59,693 nt of DNA from an uncultured Candidatus Saccharibacteria bacterium (GTDB lineage Bacteria; Patescibacteriota; Saccharimonadia; Saccharimonadales; CAZMXN01), in the NCBI GenBank assembly GCA_964570275.1, contig CAZMXN010000001.1, forward strand, positions 9,745 to 69,437, given 5' to 3'. Shown piece by piece: positions 54,810 to 59,693 of the stretch (positions within the stretch are counted from its first letter, which is position 1; each line of letters opens with the position of its first letter). The translations under genes were made by a program, and so were the position numbers. The notes under the pieces were generated by a model. That model saw only the letters and a list, made by a program, of their open reading frames with translations, had not been told where the DNA came from and ran no database searches.

Positions 54810-55631
54810 ATGTACTCGGGAACAACGCTCAGCAAGTATTCCGGCCGGCTGCTTGGCGCGCATCAGAAGATTGATCGCGTGGCCCGGCGTCATCTCGGCC
54901 GGATTATGCCGCCGGAGACGGCCTTTCCGGCCGCCCGGCTGATTTTGCACTTCGAGGGCAAGAACGGCCCTGACGGCATCAAGCGCAAGAGCCCGGCCCG
55001 GGACGAGCCCTGGCATTATTTCGATCCGTTCGATCCGAACGACGGCGAGTTGCTGGATTTGATCGAGGATCACTACAAACACCTGGTTCGTGAACTGAAA
55101 AAAGGCAATCAGGAGCGGGCGGCGTTCGAGGCAGCCTGGCTGGCCCATGCCATCGTTGACGGGCTGACGCCGGCGCACCACTATCCGTACGAGGAAAAGC
55201 TGACGGAGCTGCGCGGCGGGGCCGGCAAGGAAACGCGCACCACGATCCGGCACAAGCTTGTCATGCCGGGCAAAACCCGGCCGCAGCAACTGAAGAATAA
55301 CTGGCTGATGTGGGGCCCGAAAGGCCTGCTGACGACGCACGGCTTGTTTGAGATCGGTATCGCCACCATCCTGCTGCCCCTGACTTTCAGCGAAGCCCGA
55401 CCGACGGATAAGGAAGTGGACCTGATTAAAGAAATAGGCATTAAAGAGTGGTTTGTCCGGGCGGCCAGGGAGATTGCCATGCTGGGCATGTATGAGCGTT
55501 ATTACGAGAAAGGCTGGACGCCCAAACTGGCCTGGGAGGTGCGCCATAAACTTGGCCCGACAATCGTTAAGTCCGTAACGCTGGTCTGGTACGCGGCCTT
55601 AAGTGAGGCTGCGGCCCGGAAAAAGTCATGA
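54810..55631 (+). CDS. Hypothetical protein, possibly phospholipase C / P1-nuclease-fold zinc hydrolase
   Basis: WHYFDPFD and AAWLAHAIVDGLTPAHH resemble the His/Asp metal-ligand motifs (LxHxxxDxxxPxH) of the PLC/S1-P1 nuclease superfamily. Weak, by eye only. ATGA overlap with rsmD. Confidence 0.45.
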   Translation: MYSGTTLSKYSGRLLGAHQKIDRVARRHLGRIMPPETAFPAARLILHFEGKNGPDGIKRKSPARDEPWHYFDPFDPNDGELLDLIEDHYKHLVRELKKGNQERAAFEAAWLAHAIVDGLTPAHHYPYEEKLTELRGGAGKETRTTIRHKLVMPGKTRPQQLKNNWLMWGPKGLLTTHGLFEIGIATILLPLTFSEARPTDKEVDLIKEIGIKEWFVRAAREIAMLGMYERYYEKGWTPKLAWEVRHKLGPTIVKSVTLVWYAALSEAAARKKS

Positions 55632-56176
55632 GAATCATTGCCGGACAACTGGGCGGTCGGGAGTTCCGGTCGCCGGCCGGCCACCGCACCCACCCGATGA
55701 GCGACAAAATCCGGGGCGCTATCTTTAATATATTGGGCGACGTCAGCGGGCTGAGCCTGCTGGACGCCTTTGCCGGCAGCGGCGCCCTCAGCCTGGAAGC
55801 CGTCAGCCGGGGGGCTGCCGCGGCGGTGGCGATTGATGTTGACAAGGCGGCGGCCCAAACCGCGGCTGACAACGCCAGAAGTCTCGGGGTCGATAATAAA
55901 ATCAAAGTCATCCGGGCCAATGCCGCCGGCTGGTCGGAGAATAATCCGGCCGCCAGCTTCGATCTGGTGATTTGCGATCCGCCCTACGATAAGGTAAAGC
56001 CCGATCTGCTGGCCCGGCTGGCCGGACACGTCAAACCGGGCGGCGTGGTCGTTTTGTCCCTGCCGCCGACGGCCGGAGCAGAGCTGCCGGAGCCGGTTTT
56101 TCAGCGGCTTTTAAGCAAGTCTTACGGTGATGCCAGCCTGGCGTTTTACCGCCGCGCGCCGGACGCAGGTAACTAA
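55628..56176 (+). CDS. rsmD: 16S rRNA (guanine966-N2)-methyltransferase RsmD
   Basis: MRIIAGQLGGREF...RTHPMSDKIRGAIFNIL, LDAFAGSGALSLEAVSRGA, DPPY motif. Confidence 0.85.
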   Translation: MRIIAGQLGGREFRSPAGHRTHPMSDKIRGAIFNILGDVSGLSLLDAFAGSGALSLEAVSRGAAAAVAIDVDKAAAQTAADNARSLGVDNKIKVIRANAAGWSENNPAASFDLVICDPPYDKVKPDLLARLAGHVKPGGVVVLSLPPTAGAELPEPVFQRLLSKSYGDASLAFYRRAPDAGN

Positions 56177-56303
56177 GCCCGGCCCTTTTAAAGCCTCTGG
56201 CGTGCTAAAGTTATAACTATTCCCGCCAATGACCAGGTCGGGCCGCCGGTACCGATTCTCGACTTTCCCCGGGATTTTCTTTAAAATTCAATCAGGGCTA
56301 CGT

Positions 56304-56389
56304 GGGGATGTGGTGGAACTGGTAGACACGCATGCCTTAGGAGCATGTGCCCTTAGGGCGTGAAGGTTCAAGTCCTTTCATCCCCACCA
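56304..56389 (+). tRNA. tRNA-Leu (anticodon TAG), type II with long variable arm, CCA encoded
   Basis: Manual cloverleaf. Acceptor GGGGATG/CATCCCC, D-stem GTG/CAC, anticodon stem CATGC/GCATG with loop CTTAGGA (anticodon TAG, G37). Variable arm GCCC-TTA-GGGC, T-arm GAAGG-TTCAAGT-CCTTT, discriminator A plus CCA. Confidence 0.9.
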
Positions 56390-56443
56390 GTAATAAATTA
56401 TTAAAATCTAAAAAACCCGTATGCAAACCAGCCAGGAGTGACG

Positions 56444-57751
56444 ATGAGCTTACCGACTCAACCCTACAAAGGCGCGCGCGACTTTTATCCCGAGGACAAA
56501 CGGTTGCAGAAGCGACTGTTCGCGCAGATGCGCAAGGTTGCCGAGAGCTTTGGCTACGAAGAGTACGACGCGCCGATTCTGGAGCCGCTGGAGCTGTATC
56601 TGGCCAAAACCGGCGAGGAAATCGTCAACGAACAGACTTACGCTTTCACCGACCGGGGCGGCCGGGAGGTGGTGATCCGGCCGGAAATGACCCCGACGGT
56701 CAGCCGGATGGTGGCCGGCCGGCGGCAGGAGCTGGCCTACCCGCTCCGCTGGTATTCGATTCCGAATCTGTGGCGTTATGAACGGCCGCAGCGCGGCCGG
56801 TTGCGCGAACACTGGCAGCTGAACGTCGATGTCTTCGGCCTTGAGGGGTTGGAGGCTGAGCATGAGGTCATTCTGGTAGCCGACGGCGTCCTGCGCTCGT
56901 TCGGCGCCCGCCGCAGCATGTACTCCATCAAGCTCAACAGCCGGCCGCTCATTAGCGGGCTGCTTAGCGAGTACTTGGGCTTAAGCGAGGTCCAGGCTCA
57001 GACCATGACCAGGCTCATCGACCGCAAACACAAGATGGACCAGGTTCGGTTCACGGCCGAGGCCGAGGCCATTCTGCAACCGGCTCAGCGCGAGGCCGGC
57101 GTCGGCAGCAAGCTGGATGATCTGTTAAAGATCAAAACCCTGGACGAGTTGCCCGAAGCCTTTGGCCGCAGCCCGGAAGCGGAGCGTTTGCGGCGGCTGA
57201 TGGACCTGCTGACTGGCAGCGGCGTGACTAATGTCGAATTTGATATCAGTCTGATGCGCGGCTTTGATTATTACACCGATATCGTATTTGAGGTCTTTGA
57301 CACTGACCCGGCTAACAACCGGGCCATGTTCGGCGGCGGCCGCTACGACGGCCTGGTCGGGCTGTTCGGTGTCGAGCCGGTGCCAACGGTCGGCTTCGGC
57401 ATGGGCGACGTCACCCTGCAGAATTTCCTCGAAAGCCATAAGCTGTTGCCTAAAATCCGGACTGAAACCGATATTTACGTGGCCATGATCGGCGACGTCT
57501 ACGAGCCGGCCGGCAAGGTCGTCAAAGACCTGCGCGAAATGGGACTGAACGTCGCGTTCGATACGACGGGCCGCAAACCGGCCCAACAAATCAAGACGGC
57601 CATTAAAAAGGATATCCGTTACATTCTCTTTGTCGGCGAGAAAGAGCTGGCCGATGAGCGCTACACGATCAAAAATCTCAAGACCGGCGAGGAAGAGAAA
57701 CACGGTATTCAGCGCATCGTCAGCGTCGTTAAAGATTTCCGCAAGCAGTAA
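56444..57751 (+). CDS. hisS: Histidine--tRNA ligase
   Basis: KGARDFYPED, motif 2 region RYERPQRGRLREHWQ, motif 3 GGGRYDGL, C-terminal anticodon-binding domain. ATG 56444 is preceded by an AGGAG SD (track start GTG 56438). Confidence 0.9.
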   Translation: MSLPTQPYKGARDFYPEDKRLQKRLFAQMRKVAESFGYEEYDAPILEPLELYLAKTGEEIVNEQTYAFTDRGGREVVIRPEMTPTVSRMVAGRRQELAYPLRWYSIPNLWRYERPQRGRLREHWQLNVDVFGLEGLEAEHEVILVADGVLRSFGARRSMYSIKLNSRPLISGLLSEYLGLSEVQAQTMTRLIDRKHKMDQVRFTAEAEAILQPAQREAGVGSKLDDLLKIKTLDELPEAFGRSPEAERLRRLMDLLTGSGVTNVEFDISLMRGFDYYTDIVFEVFDTDPANNRAMFGGGRYDGLVGLFGVEPVPTVGFGMGDVTLQNFLESHKLLPKIRTETDIYVAMIGDVYEPAGKVVKDLREMGLNVAFDTTGRKPAQQIKTAIKKDIRYILFVGEKELADERYTIKNLKTGEEEKHGIQRIVSVVKDFRKQ

Positions 57752-57807
57752 GGCCAAACGGTCCCGCCACTGGCATAACCGGCCAAAAACTGATAGAATA
57801 TGGCCTT

Positions 57808-59094
57808 ATGCAAGTAAAAAAGACTTCCGTTAGCGAGACGATTATTAAATTCACCATCAGCGCCGCCGAAGGCTACCTGGCGCCGATCAAGCAGGCCACC
57901 CTGCAGAAATTGAGCGGCCGGGTTAAAGTAGCCGGCTTCCGCGAGGGCAAGGTACCGCTTAATCTGGTTGAGAAAAATCTGGACCAGTCCGTCCTGCAAA
58001 CCGAATTTTTGGATGAAGCGATGTCTCAGCTGTACAGCCAGGCCGTGACCGAGCATCAAATCCGCCCGGTCAGCCGGCCAAAAGTGTCGATCAGGAAATT
58101 CGTGCCCTTTACCGAGCTGGAGTTCGAAGCCGAAGTGGAAGTCATTGGCGAGATCAAACTGGCTGATTACAAGAAAATCAGGAAAACGCTGTCGGAAGTC
58201 AAGGTCCGGGCCGAGGATGTGGAGGACGTTTTAAAGTCGCTCCGGCAGCGCTCGGCCGACAAGAAGCCGGCTGACCGGCCGGCCAGGGACGGTGACGAAG
58301 TAGTCATTGACTTTTCCGGCGTCGATGAAAAAGGCGAAGCGGTCAAGGGCGCCGACGGCCGGGACTACCCGCTGCTGCTCGGCAGTAAGTCATTCATTCC
58401 GGGTTTTGAAGACAACCTGTTAGGGCTTAAGGCCGGCGATAAAAAGACCTTTACGCTCAAGTTTCCTAAAAGTTACGGCGTTAAAGCGCTGGCCGGCAAG
58501 AAGGTGACGTTCAGTGTTGAAATTAAAGGTGTCAATGAGCTGATTGAAGACAAGCTGGACGATGCCTTCGCCCAAAAAATCGGTCCGTTTAAGACCTTGG
58601 GCGATCTCAAAGCCGACATCAAAAAGCAGCTGCAGACCGAGCGCGAACGGGAAGTCCGGCATGAGCTGGAGAACGAAATCATCAAGGAACTGTCGGCTAA
58701 GACTAAAGTCAGCATTCCTGACAGTCTGCTTGATGAGCAGGTTGAGCGGCTGCTGGGCGAACTGAAGCAGAACCTGACCTACCGCGGCCAGACTTATCAG
58801 GAGTATCTGGAGGCCGAAGCCACCACTGACGAGAAGTACCGTCAGGAAGTCCTAAGGCCGCAGGCTGAGGAGCGCGTCAAGGCCGGGCTGGCTTTGAGTG
58901 AAGTTGCCGAACGGGAGCAGCTGACGGTTACACCTGAGGAACTGGAGATCCGGCTGCAGGTTCTAAAAAGCCAGTATTCCGACGCCGCCATGCAGGCCGA
59001 GCTGGACAAGCCGGAAGCCCGCCGCGACATCGCTTCCCGTCTACTGACCGAGAAGACCATCCACAAGCTCGTTCAATACGCCGCCGCCAAATAG
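57808..59094 (+). CDS. tig: Trigger factor
   Basis: N-terminal ribosome-binding GFREGKVP motif, central FKBP-like domain (DFSGVDEKGE...GSKSFIPGFEDNLLGLKAGD), helical C-domain. The tig-clpP order is conserved. Confidence 0.9.
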   Translation: MQVKKTSVSETIIKFTISAAEGYLAPIKQATLQKLSGRVKVAGFREGKVPLNLVEKNLDQSVLQTEFLDEAMSQLYSQAVTEHQIRPVSRPKVSIRKFVPFTELEFEAEVEVIGEIKLADYKKIRKTLSEVKVRAEDVEDVLKSLRQRSADKKPADRPARDGDEVVIDFSGVDEKGEAVKGADGRDYPLLLGSKSFIPGFEDNLLGLKAGDKKTFTLKFPKSYGVKALAGKKVTFSVEIKGVNELIEDKLDDAFAQKIGPFKTLGDLKADIKKQLQTEREREVRHELENEIIKELSAKTKVSIPDSLLDEQVERLLGELKQNLTYRGQTYQEYLEAEATTDEKYRQEVLRPQAEERVKAGLALSEVAEREQLTVTPEELEIRLQVLKSQYSDAAMQAELDKPEARRDIASRLLTEKTIHKLVQYAAAK

Positions 59095-59122
59095 CTTATC
59101 CAACAGCCGTCACCGCTGATAA

Positions 59123-59149
59123 TTAGCACTCTTGACGGTCGAGTGCCAA
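59123..59149. promoter_or_regulatory. CIRCE-type inverted repeat (HrcA operator) upstream of clpP
   Basis: TTAGCACTC-TTGACGGTC-GAGTGCCAA. Identical to the clpC site at 24 of 27 positions, including the same T-to-C deviation in the right arm. Confidence 0.8.
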
Positions 59150-59160
59150 TTCGATATGAT
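59132..59160 (+). promoter_or_regulatory. Predicted promoter of clpP, overlapping the CIRCE element
   Basis: -35 TTGACG (59132-59137), 17-nt spacer, -10 TATGAT (59155-59160). AAGGAG SD and ATG follow. Confidence 0.6.
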
Positions 59161-59181
59161 TGAGTGGCAAGGAGAAAAACT

Positions 59182-59693
59182 ATGCCACTGATTCCAACAG
59201 TTATCGAACAAGAGGGCCGCATTGAGCGGGCTTATGATATCTACTCGCGGCTTTTAAAGGACCGCATTATTTTCGTCGGTGAGGACATTAACCCGCACAC
59301 CGCCAACCTTATCGTCGCTCAGCTGCTGTTTTTGCAGGCCGAAGATCCTAAAAAAGACATTTATCTATATATAAACAGTCCCGGCGGCAGTGTTTACGAC
59401 GCCCTGGCCATTTATGACACCATGCAGTACATCAAAAACGACATCCAGACGGTCGGCATTGGCGTACAGGCCTCGGCCGCCGCGTTTCTGTTGAGTTCCG
59501 GCACCAAGGGCAAGCGCTTTCTGCTGCCCAATGCCACGGTTATGATTCACCAGCCGTCCAGCGGTACGCGCGGTAAAGTGACCGATCAGGAGATTGATTT
59601 GCGCGAAAGCCTGCGGGTTAAAAGGCTGCTGGAAGAGATTATGGCTAAAAACACCGGCCAGAAGGTCAGCAAAGTTCACGAGGATATGGAGCG
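59182..59693 (+). CDS. clpP: ATP-dependent Clp protease proteolytic subunit (3' end beyond window)
   Basis: Not in the ORF track because no stop is reached. ATG 59182 follows an AAGGAG SD. Sequence: [31 protein letters not shown]...YINSPGGSV...[11 protein letters not shown] (catalytic Ser context)...VMIHQP (catalytic His). Confidence 0.9.
   Translation, partial: MPLIPTVIEQEGRIERAYDIYSRLLKDRIIFVGEDINPHTANLIVAQLLFLQAEDPKKDIYLYINSPGGSVYDALAIYDTMQYIKNDIQTVGIGVQASAAAFLLSSGTKGKRFLLPNATVMIHQPSSGTRGKVTDQEIDLRESLRVKRLLEEIMAKNTGQKVSKVHEDME

Noticed and set aside
56177-56303. The 127-nt spacer before tRNA-Leu and other intergenic regions over 100 nt (15839-15981, 32157-32284, 21838-21939), checked for SRP RNA, tmRNA, RNase P, 6S or further tRNAs.
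   Set aside because: No conserved cores (for example the SRP GGAAGCAGCC-type motif or tmRNA tag/acceptor features) and no cloverleaf could be drawn. An Rfam/Infernal scan is still advisable.
59182-59693. Possible inactive ClpP, because the catalytic-serine context reads QASAAAF instead of the common AASMGAF.
   Set aside because: The Ser itself and the downstream His (VMIHQP) are present. Only flanking residues differ, and the Asp lies beyond the window, so there is no basis to call it a pseudo-protease.
1-59693. Search for mobile elements, prophage, toxin-antitoxin, restriction-modification, CRISPR-Cas, retron/DGR reverse transcriptases or other defence islands.
   Set aside because: No integrase, transposase, reverse transcriptase or Cas-like ORFs. 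No repeat-spacer arrays, no flanking direct repeats at the tRNA, and no compositional break obvious by eye. The window appears to be core chromosome.

Overview
GC-rich (judged by eye, not computed), very gene-dense 59.7-kb chromosomal window with about 56 protein genes and one tRNA. Most genes are on the + strand, and many have 1-8 nt overlaps or gaps under 40 nt. Content is almost entirely housekeeping. Translation: pheT, gatCAB, tyrS, hisS, rplS, rsmD, tRNA-Leu. Replication and repair: dnaE, uvrB, radA, recG, rnhB. Proteostasis: clpC, tig, clpP, FKBP, pepN. Transcription: nusA and a WhiB-like factor. Envelope: PBP1A, galU, a CAP-domain protein. There is also a long central-carbon cluster (gap, rpiB, rpe-like, split transketolase, class II fba, two pfkB kinases) and a small thiol/copper redox cluster. 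I found no rRNA, CRISPR array, transposase, integrase, prophage gene or recognisable defence system. Split transketolase, nusA without rimP/infB, an orphan PilB-type ATPase, DUF2207/YtxH-type small membrane proteins and scrambled operons suggest a reduced-genome bacterium, possibly Patescibacteria/CPR and Saccharibacteria-like. That placement is inference only. WhiB, pepN and leaderless-type promoters are actinobacterial-flavoured, so taxonomy needs a database search. I see no clear-cut novel multi-gene system. The most interesting signals are: (1) two near-identical CIRCE operators built into the clpC and clpP promoters; (2) a transaldolase-less pentose-phosphate/glycolysis supercluster ending in two tandem pfkB kinases; (3) an unknown 407-aa protein that overlaps, and so may be translationally coupled to, a LOG/TIGR00725 protein; (4) a Grx-TrxB-cupredoxin / FNR-like redox island; (5) a WhiB-like gene with a leaderless-type promoter; (6) a TyrRS whose HIGH motif has lost both histidines; (7) many promoters whose -10 box lies 6-11 nt from the start codon. 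All functional calls rest on motif recognition by eye and none has been checked against a database.
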